A DNA stretch of 64,000 bases from Thermomicrobiales bacterium (lineage in GTDB: Bacteria > Chloroflexota > Chloroflexia > Thermomicrobiales > UBA6265). The notes beneath the pieces were generated by a model. That model was not told the origin of the DNA and did no database searches. It saw nothing but the letters and a program-made list of their open reading frames with translations. The position numbers and the translations under genes are program-made. Positions 1 to 8,282 of the stretch are shown here, one piece after another (within the stretch, counting starts at the first letter, position 1; the number at the start of each line of letters is the position of its first letter). Where the stretch lies: contig DASTFJ010000169.1 of the NCBI GenBank assembly GCA_035708745.1, forward strand, positions 4,534 through 68,533. The letters are read 5' to 3'.

Positions 1-186
1 ATGGTCAGTGAAGAATGATTTGGCGATGGTGTATCCGAACCGGCTGGCGGTGCCGGGATCGGCGAGCAGCAGATCGCGGTCGATCAGCGCGGTGGCATGC
101 ACACCCGAACGAAAGGCAAAATGCCCCTCGCGCAGCATACTCCCGCTTTCGAGCATGTCCTGGATTGTCGTGTAGTCGGGCGCCAT
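1..186 (-). CDS. Phosphoribosyltransferase-like protein; only the N-terminal 62 codons are present because the gene runs off the left edge
   Basis: Absent from the ORF track because it is edge-truncated. Minus-strand ATG at 186-184 has a GGAGG (rc of 193-197) 6 nt upstream. The translation MAPDYTTIQDMLESGSMLREGHFAFRSGVHATALIDRDLLLADPGTASRFGYTIAKSFFTDH resembles the N-terminus of PyrE-like type I PRTases (GHF..SG.H...). Confidence 0.4.
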   Translation of the reverse strand, partial: MAPDYTTIQDMLESGSMLREGHFAFRSGVHATALIDRDLLLADPGTASRFGYTIAKSFFTDH

Positions 187-336
187 AGCGTTCCTCCTCA
201 TCGAGAGCTTATACGGAATCCGGATGAACGGCTGTGGGCTCGTCCCCCTCTCCGGCGCTCCCCCGTGCAGGGGGAGCGGGTTCCGCCGCCACGCGAGCGA
301 ATGCGTGCATCCCTTCCTATTCATCCGGGTTCCGTA

Positions 337-1443
337 TTACCCAGTGCGATGCTCCAACTCGTCGAGCAGGGCGTAGAGCTGATTGGCAGCGTCGTTGGCG
401 TCGCGGGGGATCACACGTCCCAGTGCGGCGCTGGCGCGGTCATGATACGAATGAATATCTTGCTCGACCCGCGCGCGGATTCGATAGCGATCCAGCAGGT
501 CGAGCACACGCGCGACTTCGGTTTCGCTCGCGACGTCTTCGGCATAGAGGGTCGCCAGCTCGGCCCGCTCCGCCTCGGTTGCTTCGCGGCGTAGCTCGAG
601 GATCGGCAGGGTTTGCTTGCGGCGGCGCAGATCGTCTGCCGGCGTTTTGCCGGTTTGGGATTCGGTTCCCCAGATGCCGAGTAGATCGTCCCGAATCTGA
701 AAGGCCAGGCCGGTCGCGAGACCAAACGCGGCCAGATCGGTGAGCTGAGTTTCGGATGCGCCTGCCACGAGACCGCCGGCCCACGCCGAAAACGCCACAA
801 TGGCCGACGTCTTACCGGTAATCGTTTGCAAATAGCGCTCCGGGGTCACGGTCGGATCGCCTTCGCTTTCGATATCGAGAGTCTGGCCGCCGACGATGGC
901 GAGGGTGGTGCGGTCGAACTCCCGCGCGAGCCGCGCCAGCAATGGGGCAGTTTCCATACGATCTGCGATGGTGTAAAGGGCCAGATGACTGGAAGCAAAG
1001 AGGGCGTCACCGGCATTGATTGCCTGCGCATCGCCCCAGAGCGACCAGACGGTCGGCCGGTGGCGGCGCAAGTGACTCTTATCCTGGATGTCGTCGTGCA
1101 CCAGGGTGAAGTTGTGCAGCAGCTCGATGGCGGCTGCCACCGGCGCGGCCAGGGCCGGATCGGCGCCCAGGCCCGCGGTGACCAGCATCGCCAGGCGCGG
1201 TCTCATCCGTTTTCCGGGATTCGGCCGTTCCCCGGTTACGATGGTGAGATCGGCATTGCGCCAGCCCACGTGATAGGCAGCAATCTGTTCGAGCAAGGGG
1301 GCGGTGCCCCCGATCTCGGTCACCGCCGCTTGCATGATCGGCTCGAAGAGCGCGTCGAGGGGCACGATCGGTCTGGTTTCCGGACTGGTCAATACGCGAT
1401 CCTGATTGCTAAGCCTGGCCGCGCGTTCGGCGGTACTGAACAT
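337..1443 (-). CDS. Polyprenyl (geranylgeranyl/longer) diphosphate synthase, trans-IPPS family
   Basis: 368-aa ORF. Both aspartate-rich motifs are present: first DDxxD in LHNFTLVHDDIQD and second in FQIRDDLLGIWG. Confidence 0.9.
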   Translation of the reverse strand: MFSTAERAARLSNQDRVLTSPETRPIVPLDALFEPIMQAAVTEIGGTAPLLEQIAAYHVGWRNADLTIVTGERPNPGKRMRPRLAMLVTAGLGADPALAAPVAAAIELLHNFTLVHDDIQDKSHLRRHRPTVWSLWGDAQAINAGDALFASSHLALYTIADRMETAPLLARLAREFDRTTLAIVGGQTLDIESEGDPTVTPERYLQTITGKTSAIVAFSAWAGGLVAGASETQLTDLAAFGLATGLAFQIRDDLLGIWGTESQTGKTPADDLRRRKQTLPILELRREATEAERAELATLYAEDVASETEVARVLDLLDRYRIRARVEQDIHSYHDRASAALGRVIPRDANDAANQLYALLDELEHRTG

Positions 1444-1527
1444 TTTGCATCAGAACCTGTAGCATTTCGCGCAGAAGGCGCTTATATCGGTCGAACGCTC
1501 GCGTGATGCGCCGGGATGGAGCAAGTC

Positions 1528-2211
1528 ATGATTTTCGATCCCTGGTATTTCATCATCATTCTTCCGGGGTTTCTGCTGTCGCTCTGGGCGCAGTCCAAGG
1601 TCAAGGGAAATTTCGAGAAATACAGCAAGGTGCGCAACAGCGCCGGGCTGACCGGCGCGCAAACCAGCCGCCGGATTCTCGATGATGAAGGATTGAGCTC
1701 GATCCCCATCGAGCAGGTGGCGGGAGCGTTGACCGACCACTACGATCCACGCACGAAAGTTCTGCGTCTCTCCCAACCGGTCTACGGCCAGGATTCGGTG
1801 GCCGCGATGGCCGTGGCCGCGCATGAGGCGGGGCACGCTATCCAGCAAAAGGTGGGTTACTCGCCGCTCAAGTTCCGGTCAGCCATCGTGCCACTGGCAA
1901 ATATCGGTTCGCAGCTCGGATTCCTGTTGCTCTTTCTGGGCATCATCATCGGTATTTCCGGACTCTCCTGGGCGGGCGTCGCACTCTTCGCGCTGTCGAC
2001 CATCTTTACGCTGGTGACCCTTCCAGTCGAATTCGATGCGTCCCGCCGGGCGAAGGCGGAGCTGACCAAGCTGGGCCTGACCGACCGGACCGATGCCGAG
2101 GCGGTCGACAAAGTGCTCGATGCCGCGGCGTGGACCTATGTGGCCGCGTTCCTCACCTCGGCGCTCAGCCTGCTCTATTACATCCGCCTCGCACAGGGCA
2201 GTAGGCGGTAG
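1528..2211 (+). CDS. Membrane zinc metallopeptidase (YugP / PF04298-like)
   Basis: HExxH zinc site in AAHEAGHAIQQ, with hydrophobic N- and C-terminal segments. Start set at ATG 1528 (MIFDPWYFIIILPGF..., GGAG 6 nt upstream) rather than the ORF-track ATG at 1516. Confidence 0.8.
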   Translation: MIFDPWYFIIILPGFLLSLWAQSKVKGNFEKYSKVRNSAGLTGAQTSRRILDDEGLSSIPIEQVAGALTDHYDPRTKVLRLSQPVYGQDSVAAMAVAAHEAGHAIQQKVGYSPLKFRSAIVPLANIGSQLGFLLLFLGIIIGISGLSWAGVALFALSTIFTLVTLPVEFDASRRAKAELTKLGLTDRTDAEAVDKVLDAAAWTYVAAFLTSALSLLYYIRLAQGSRR

Positions 2212-2279
2212 GGAGGCAATAGGCAATAGAGGGTTTGACACGCGACCTGGTCGCTCCAACGCTCCATTGCCCATTTGCC

Positions 2280-2618
2280 CTAGACGATATCGGTTGGGGC
2301 GAAGCGCGGCATCGGAAAGATCACCAGCACATGCAGCTCGCCGGCGCCGCTGTTGGTGAAGCCGTGCAGGACGCCGGTGGGGATGAAGACGCTCTCGCCG
2401 GTTCCGAGCACCAGGGTTTCGTCTCCGAGGCGCACCGTGGCCTCTCCTGCGAGGAAGTGGAGAATCTCTTCGCAGGGATGGGTATGGTCGAGCACACGAT
2501 CGGCGGGCTGGAGCCATTGCTGACCGAGATAGAGCGAGGTCGAGCCGTCGGATGCATCTACCAGGTGCTGCAACGGTAAATTGCTCGGACTGCGGCCGAT
2601 CGGCTTCTTTGCCGGCAT
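2280..2618 (-). CDS. Cupin domain protein
   Basis: Two-motif cupin core: HTHPCEEILHFLAGEATV ... FIPTGVLHGFTNSG. Start set at ATG 2618 (MPAKKPIG...). The ORF-track N-terminal 35 aa look non-coding. Confidence 0.75.
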   Translation of the reverse strand: MPAKKPIGRSPSNLPLQHLVDASDGSTSLYLGQQWLQPADRVLDHTHPCEEILHFLAGEATVRLGDETLVLGTGESVFIPTGVLHGFTNSGAGELHVLVIFPMPRFAPTDIV

Positions 2619-2785
2619 TTGGTGAGACCTTTCATGCTGGGAGATATCTGAGCGCTTTTCGCTGTGCGTCGCGGTTGAAGCGTGCCACAATTGAGCGGCA
2701 GTTCTGCCCGATCTATGGGCCAATCCGAACCGCGCAGTGTACCGGGCGCCGTCCCCCAGCGGCCAGCGTGTTTCCCCCGTCAGGT

Positions 2786-4330
2786 ATGGTTATGACCTCC
2801 AGTTCTCCTTTGCGTCTCAACCGGCGCCGTCTGATGGGCGCGTTGCCAGCGATAGGCGCGCTTTCGTTCGTATCGTCCCGATTCGGGCCGACTGTTGCCG
2901 CGCAGGACGTCGCGCCAAGTCGATACTTCGCCAAAACCGGGCACAATCTCCGCGGTTCCTTTCTGCATCAGTGGACCATGCTGGGCGGCGAGGTCGCGGT
3001 TGGGCTGCCGATCTCGGAAGAAGGGTTTCGTGACGGCGTCGGGATCGTGCAGAGCTTCGAGGGGATTACGCTGCTGCTCGATCCATCCAAACAGCCGCCC
3101 GCTGACGTGGCAGGCGTTCCGCTCCCGAAGGACTTCATCGCCAGCTTCGCTCCGGCCAATGCATTGAAGAACACCGACTCCTGTCCCAAAGACGCGTTCT
3201 TTTGCCAGTATTTTCCGCAAACCGGCCATAGCGTTTCGGGGCGGTTCGCGTCCTATTGGGGCAATGCGGGCGATCTCTCGGTGCTGGGCATGCCCGTGAG
3301 CGAGCCCTTCGAGGATACGGCGACCGGCAAGACGACGCAGGTCTTCGAGCGAGCGATCCTGGTCGACTACGGCGAGAGCGATGTCCGTCTTGCGAAGATC
3401 GGCCGGGAGATCGACCACGTATTGATCGATTCTGGGGACCCCTCCTTTCCCGCGGCTCCGCCCATGGGCGGCACCACCAAGCTCATCAATTCGCCCGAGG
3501 GCCTGCGGTTGCGGTCCGGACCGGGATTGACCGCGGATATCGTGGAAGTGCTGCCCGACTCCGCCGAATTCATTCTGACCGGCGATGAAAAGGCCGATTG
3601 GGTGCCCGGCTATGCCGATGGCTATTCCGGTTGGGTATCCTCTGAGTTCCTGAAAGAGCCGCCGCCGTTGCCGGCGATCGATCCGAAGGACTGGAATCCG
3701 AAGGTCTGGCAGGGCGCTACGCTGGGCGACACCAATGTGCGGGCCGAGCCGTCGACCCAGTCAGAGGCAATCGAGCTCAAGACCGATCGCAGCTCGATCG
3801 TGGTGGTCGACTGGGTCAAGGGCGAGGAGCTCTTCCCGGGGGCCGACGAGTGGTCCAAGCTCGAAGGGCAGGGGTATATCTATTCACGCAATGTCGGCCG
3901 CAATGCTCCGGTGCTGCCGACGCCGTTGCCCAAGAATGCGCCAAAAACGGGCCGCTGGATCGATGTGCAGCTGACCCAACAACTGATCACCCTCTACGAT
4001 GACCGCGATCCGGTACGGGTGGTGGTGACGACCACAGGCATGGCCGGTTGGGAGACGCCCGAGGGGGAATTCACCATTCTCTGGCGCGTCCCGAACGAGA
4101 CCATGTCCAGCGGCGCCATCGGCGCCGAGCACTTCTTCAAGCTGGAGGATGTGCTCTACACCCAGTATTTCACCGACGAGGGCCACGCGATCCATTACGC
4201 CTGGTGGCGCACCCCGGAAACGATCGGCCGGCCCGGAAGTCACGGTTGCCTGAACGTCCTGCTCGACGATTCGGCCTTCATGTGGGATTGGGCGGAGGTC
4301 GGTACGCCGGTGATCGTGCATAAGGATTAG
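2786..4330 (+). CDS. L,D-transpeptidase (YkuD domain) with LGFP-like repeats and two SH3-like domains
   Basis: C-terminal YkuD catalytic motif GSHGCLNV. Two LGFP-like units (KTGHNLRGSFLHQW..GLPISEE..VQSFEGITLLLD; QTGHSVSGRFASYW..GMPVSEP..TQVFERAILVDY) and two SH3_3-like segments. N-terminus has an RR-containing signal (LNRRRLMGALPAIGALSF...VAAQD). Start moved to ATG 2786. Confidence 0.85.
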   Translation: MVMTSSSPLRLNRRRLMGALPAIGALSFVSSRFGPTVAAQDVAPSRYFAKTGHNLRGSFLHQWTMLGGEVAVGLPISEEGFRDGVGIVQSFEGITLLLDPSKQPPADVAGVPLPKDFIASFAPANALKNTDSCPKDAFFCQYFPQTGHSVSGRFASYWGNAGDLSVLGMPVSEPFEDTATGKTTQVFERAILVDYGESDVRLAKIGREIDHVLIDSGDPSFPAAPPMGGTTKLINSPEGLRLRSGPGLTADIVEVLPDSAEFILTGDEKADWVPGYADGYSGWVSSEFLKEPPPLPAIDPKDWNPKVWQGATLGDTNVRAEPSTQSEAIELKTDRSSIVVVDWVKGEELFPGADEWSKLEGQGYIYSRNVGRNAPVLPTPLPKNAPKTGRWIDVQLTQQLITLYDDRDPVRVVVTTTGMAGWETPEGEFTILWRVPNETMSSGAIGAEHFFKLEDVLYTQYFTDEGHAIHYAWWRTPETIGRPGSHGCLNVLLDDSAFMWDWAEVGTPVIVHKD

Positions 4331-4336
4331 CACGCG

Positions 4337-4381
4337 GCAGTCAGTACGCAGCGTGCAGAATTTGGCAGTCAGCAGTCAGCA
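4337..4381. repeat. GCAGTCA heptamer repeat locus (one isolated copy plus 2.4 tandem copies)
   Basis: GCAGTCA at 4337-4343, then GCAGTCAGCAGTCAGCA at 4365-4381, in the convergent intergenic gap between the Ldt and propeller genes. The same heptamer is tandemly repeated at 33086-33115. Confidence 0.7.
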
Positions 4382-4420
4382 CGGCGAGGGGAGGGCGAGC
4401 CGCCGGCGCGTGCTCGGGGT

Positions 4421-6733
4421 TTATGCGTTGGCAATTGCGACGATGCGGCCGTCGATCGTGATGGCATAGACCACGCCGCCGCCGGCGGTTACGGCGGCGC
4501 TAGAACCGACCGGCTGACTCCAGCGGACCTCTCCGGTGCCACGGTCGATGCCGTAAATGGTGCCGTCATAGCTGCCAACGATCACTTGATCGCCGGCAAC
4601 GACCGGCGAGGTGCGGACCTGATCGCCGGTCGGCAGGAACCAGTTCACCGCGCCATCGTCGAGCGAGAAGGAATAGACGTTCCCATCGTCACACCCGACG
4701 AAAACGGTTCCTTCACTGATGGCGGCCGATGAATAGACCGGGCCGCCGGTCGGGAGTTGCCAATCGACCGAGCCATCGGCCAGTGACAGGGCGTACATCT
4801 GATTGGCGAAATCGCCGATGACGACCTGGCCGTCACCAATTGCGGCCGTTGCGAAGATCGCACCCTCGGCCTGGAACGACCAGAGCACGGAGCCATCCGC
4901 AATCGAAACGGCCCAAACGACTCCGTCTGTATCGGAATAGATCACGGCGCCGTCCGAGACCGCCGGTGACGACGATATTTGCACGCCTCCGTCGATCCGC
5001 CAGCGCTCTGCGCCGGTTTCGGCGTCGAGAGCGTAGAAGGTTCCACCGTAGTTGCCGAAGAGCACCATGCCATCGACGACCGCTGGAGAGGAGTGAATCG
5101 AGCTTCCGGTGTCGACCGACCATATCTGCTGGCCGGTCGCGGCATCGAGCGCATGTACTGTGCCGTCGAATGAGCCGAAGTAAACGACTCCGTCCTGGAT
5201 GGCTGGGGAGGACGAGACTTCGTCGCTGGCGCGAAATTCCCAGACTGTGTCTCCCGTTCTGGCATCGAGGGCATGCATGGTCTCGTCGTCGCCGCCAACG
5301 AACAGCGTGCCGCTCGCGAGGATCGGCGAGGCAAACGACGACTCGTCCATCTGAATCGACCAAAGGATCTGCGCCGACCTATCCAGCGGTGAGCTATCGG
5401 TAAACCCGGTGCGTTCCAGATCGCCCCGCCAGAGGGTGTTCTGGGTGATCGAAACTGGTGTCGCGGCCGGCGAAGCCGTCGCAACATCGGTCGCCGGGTT
5501 GGCGGCCGGGGGCTGGGTAGGGGCCGACGTTTCGGTTGGCTCGGCTGTTGGCGTCTCGGTTGGGGTGGAGGTTTCCGTCGCGGTCGGCGACGGGGCGGGG
5601 GTATCGGTCGGTTCGGCGGTCGCAGTTTGGGTCGGTTGGGGGGAACGAGTCGGTATGCTGCTCGGCGTGGGAGTATTCGTCGCCGTTGCTGTGTCGGTTG
5701 GTTCCGGGGTGGACGTGGCTGTCGTGCTGGGGCTGGTCGTTGGAGACGGCGTTACCGTCGCCGTTGCGGCGTTCGTTGCCGCCGGAGTGGATGTGGCCGT
5801 CGGACTGTTCGTCGCGGACGGCGTAGACGAAGCGGTGCGAGTTGGGCGCGTTGTTGCGGTGGAAGTGGCTGAGGCGCTGGCCGTGGCGGATGGAGTATGG
5901 CTTGGTGCTGTCGTTGCCGTTGCCGTCGACGACGGAGTTTGGGTGGCCATTCGCGTCATCGTTGGCATAGGCGTCGGTGTCGCGATGGTCGCCGGCGTTT
6001 CTGCCAGGCTGGTTCCGGTCACCACCACCACGACGATGGGCGAGGCTGGTCGAGGGACAGTCGGGAAATCGAACGGTGTCTCGATGTTTGGAGTGGCCGC
6101 CGGTGATCCCGGGCTCGGGGAAGACGCAGCCGGCGCCACCGGACTCGCGATTGCTGTTTTTGGTGATGGGGACGCCAATAGCACGGTTGGACTTGCTGGT
6201 GCTTCCGGACTGGAGGCTGGACTCCCTTCGTTGGTGGGAGAGGGAGTACCCTCGGGCGTCCGACTGATCTCGACCACCGCCGATGTCATCGGAGGGACGG
6301 GCGTGCCGGGGCCCTCGGGACTCGGGGCCGCACCTGGAGTGACACGCGCCGAGGTGGGTTCCGCAGAAACCGGTATGTCAGGAGAAGCCTCCGGCGATGT
6401 GGTGGCTGCCACTGCAGCAGGGGTGCCGGCGCCACCAGACGGACTCCCCGCCGGAGTGGCTGGCGGGGCGACGACACGGGCCGTTGCGGTGGGCTGTGGG
6501 GTCGCACTCGTGTCGCGCGTCGGCAGAATCAGGCCGATTATCGGGGATCCGCTCGATTCCGGCGTCGCGGATCGAGTTGCCGCACGATCGACGGCGACCT
6601 GGGTGAGGACGCTTGGCCCAATCGTGATCACCAGCTCGCTTGGTTGTGAGCTGGACCGGGTCAAAACGAGCGCGAGCAGGAGGCTGGCCAGCAACGCCCC
6701 CACAGCGATCAATGCGTTCGTGCGATTCAACAT
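4421..6733 (-). CDS. Membrane-anchored PQQ-like (BamB-like) beta-propeller protein with a long P/T/S/A low-complexity linker
   Basis: Start set at ATG 6733 (MLNRTNALIAVGALLASLLLALVL, a single TM anchor). About 440 aa of P/T/S/A-rich linker follow (e.g. TATAEPTDTPAPSPTATETSTPTETPTAEPTETSAPT). The C-terminal ~330 aa carry repeated blades: HALDARTGDTVWEF, HALDAATGQQIWSV, YALDAETGAERWRI, YALSLADGSVDWQL, YSFSLDDGAVNWFL, YGIDRGTGEVRWSQ. Confidence 0.8.
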   Translation of the reverse strand: MLNRTNALIAVGALLASLLLALVLTRSSSQPSELVITIGPSVLTQVAVDRAATRSATPESSGSPIIGLILPTRDTSATPQPTATARVVAPPATPAGSPSGGAGTPAAVAATTSPEASPDIPVSAEPTSARVTPGAAPSPEGPGTPVPPMTSAVVEISRTPEGTPSPTNEGSPASSPEAPASPTVLLASPSPKTAIASPVAPAASSPSPGSPAATPNIETPFDFPTVPRPASPIVVVVVTGTSLAETPATIATPTPMPTMTRMATQTPSSTATATTAPSHTPSATASASATSTATTRPTRTASSTPSATNSPTATSTPAATNAATATVTPSPTTSPSTTATSTPEPTDTATATNTPTPSSIPTRSPQPTQTATAEPTDTPAPSPTATETSTPTETPTAEPTETSAPTQPPAANPATDVATASPAATPVSITQNTLWRGDLERTGFTDSSPLDRSAQILWSIQMDESSFASPILASGTLFVGGDDETMHALDARTGDTVWEFRASDEVSSSPAIQDGVVYFGSFDGTVHALDAATGQQIWSVDTGSSIHSSPAVVDGMVLFGNYGGTFYALDAETGAERWRIDGGVQISSSPAVSDGAVIYSDTDGVVWAVSIADGSVLWSFQAEGAIFATAAIGDGQVVIGDFANQMYALSLADGSVDWQLPTGGPVYSSAAISEGTVFVGCDDGNVYSFSLDDGAVNWFLPTGDQVRTSPVVAGDQVIVGSYDGTIYGIDRGTGEVRWSQPVGSSAAVTAGGGVVYAITIDGRIVAIANA

Positions 6734-6877
6734 GTCCTCGCGATCCAGACATGGGCGGCGACCCGCACTGGGAGTTCGGAGCGGGAAGCGAGTGCCGCCT
6801 GCCCGGATAGATTCTTGCGCAGGTGCCGATTTTACCCCCGGCGACGGCAAATCCGCAGGCGATATGACGCCGAATGC

Positions 6878-6905
6878 TTGACAACCCGCACGGCTTCCCT
6901 ATGCT
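6878..6905 (+). promoter_or_regulatory. Candidate sigma-70-type promoter (TTGACA-N16-TATGCT)
   Basis: TTGACA at 6878-6883 and TATGCT at 6900-6905, with a 16-nt spacer, inside the 418-bp divergent intergenic region between the propeller gene and the 7152 gene. Sequence match only. Confidence 0.4.
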
Positions 6906-7151
6906 TGCACGGAACTCTGCGATGTGAACGTACGATCATTCGAATCGATCGTGCCGATTGCATTGCCACCGGTCGTTCCGGGCTCGGTTGCCGAGCGAGC
7001 GTATCCCTATTGCAGGAGTAGTCATTTCTTGCCGCTGCGCCGGTCGACGCAATCAGGCGAAAGCCCAGGACCGAAGCCATTTTCGGGCGAATGGCTGAAA
7101 ACCCCGCAGGAGCCGGTCCAGCCGAGCTCGCGTCGCCATCTCCCCGACTGG

Positions 7152-8231
7152 ATGCCATCCGATCGGGTGCTGGCCGGTCTGCTGGTCGGTTTACTGATCC
7201 TGCTGATCTTGCCCTGGCGGCATTCGGGTGGGGTCAATACCACCCCGCCGGCAAGTGAAACGGCGATTGCCGCTATCCAGCCTGCCGCCACCCAGGCGGT
7301 GGCGACTGAAACGCCGACCGAGACTGTCGATCAAACGGCGCCGATCGAGACCGTCGACCAGGCGGCGCCCACCGAAGCGGCGACTCTCGAACCAACTCTG
7401 GCTCCGACCGAAACCGTCACTATATCGCCAACTACGGCGCCGAGCCAGCCGGTGACCGGCGACTCGCTGGTGCCCAATTATCGCATTCTGTCGTATTACG
7501 GCTTTCCCGGAGAGCCGAACATGGGCGTGCTGGGCGAGTACGATATGCAGACGTTGCTCGACAAGCTCGAGGCCCAGGCTGCCGACTATGAAGCGGTCGA
7601 CGACCGGCCGTACAAGCTCGCGTTCGAGGTGATCGCCTCGGTGGCGCAGCAATGGGAAGGCGACGATGGCGACTATCTGGCCTATATCGGCGAAGACCAG
7701 CTCCAGGAATATATCGACTTCACCGCGGCCAACGATCTGTTACTCATTCTCGATGTGCAGTTCGGGCACCGAACCGTGCAGGACGAGATCGCGGCCATGG
7801 AGCCGTATCTGAAGTACCCGCATGTCCAGCTCGCGCTCGATCCCGAATTTGCGGTTGGCGGTGACGACGTGCCGGGTTCCGTCATCGGCAGTATCGATGC
7901 GACCGATGTCACCTACGCCCAAAACGAGCTGGCGCGCATCTCCGCGGACAACGGGATTCCTCCGAAACTTTTGATCGTGCACCAATTCAACTCCGCGTCG
8001 ATTGCGAATCCAGAGCAGATCCAGCCGGTTCCGGGTGTGCAGCTCATATTGGAGGTCGACGGTTTCGGCACTCCGGATGAAAAGCGATCCACGTATGCGG
8101 TGCTGACCGGCGGTGGCCTGTTCGAGTTCCATGGATTCAAACTCTGGTACAACGGCCAGGATGACCCGATCATGACGCCGGACGAGGTTCTGGCGCTCGA
8201 CCCGCAGCCCGATCTGATCATTTACCAATAG
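7152..8231 (+). CDS. Membrane-anchored/secreted protein of unknown function (T/P/A-rich linker plus a conserved-looking ~270-aa C-terminal domain)
   Basis: The frame is open from 6924. I start at ATG 7152 (MPSDRVLAGLLVGLLILLILPW, a TM/signal anchor). The linker contains the tandem duplication ETVDQTAPIETVDQAAP. The C-terminal domain (YRILSYYGFPGEPNMGVLGEY...LILDVQFGH...LALDPEF...LIVHQF) could not be assigned to a family. An N-terminal extension to 6924 or 7029 (TTG, AGGAG upstream) cannot be excluded. Confidence 0.6.
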   Translation: MPSDRVLAGLLVGLLILLILPWRHSGGVNTTPPASETAIAAIQPAATQAVATETPTETVDQTAPIETVDQAAPTEAATLEPTLAPTETVTISPTTAPSQPVTGDSLVPNYRILSYYGFPGEPNMGVLGEYDMQTLLDKLEAQAADYEAVDDRPYKLAFEVIASVAQQWEGDDGDYLAYIGEDQLQEYIDFTAANDLLLILDVQFGHRTVQDEIAAMEPYLKYPHVQLALDPEFAVGGDDVPGSVIGSIDATDVTYAQNELARISADNGIPPKLLIVHQFNSASIANPEQIQPVPGVQLILEVDGFGTPDEKRSTYAVLTGGGLFEFHGFKLWYNGQDDPIMTPDEVLALDPQPDLIIYQ

Positions 8232-8282
8232 TGTCCCCGTCGCGCTCTGTACCCGGTCCCCCGGCGCGAGAGACAGGCATCG

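Noticed and set aside
2214-2227. GGCAATA GGCAATA tandem duplication after the metallopeptidase stop
   Set aside because: Only two copies in a 68-bp convergent gap, with no recurrence elsewhere in the window. This is too little to call a repeat family.
2234-2270. TTGACA hexamer as a promoter
   Set aside because: There is no acceptable -10 element at 16-18 nt and no downstream plus-strand gene for over 500 nt.
5409-6881. 490-aa plus-strand ORF rich in Gly/Val/Ala
   Set aside because: It is the antisense mirror of the P/T/S/A linker of the propeller gene. It has low-complexity composition, no start context, and no domain. This is a typical high-GC shadow ORF.
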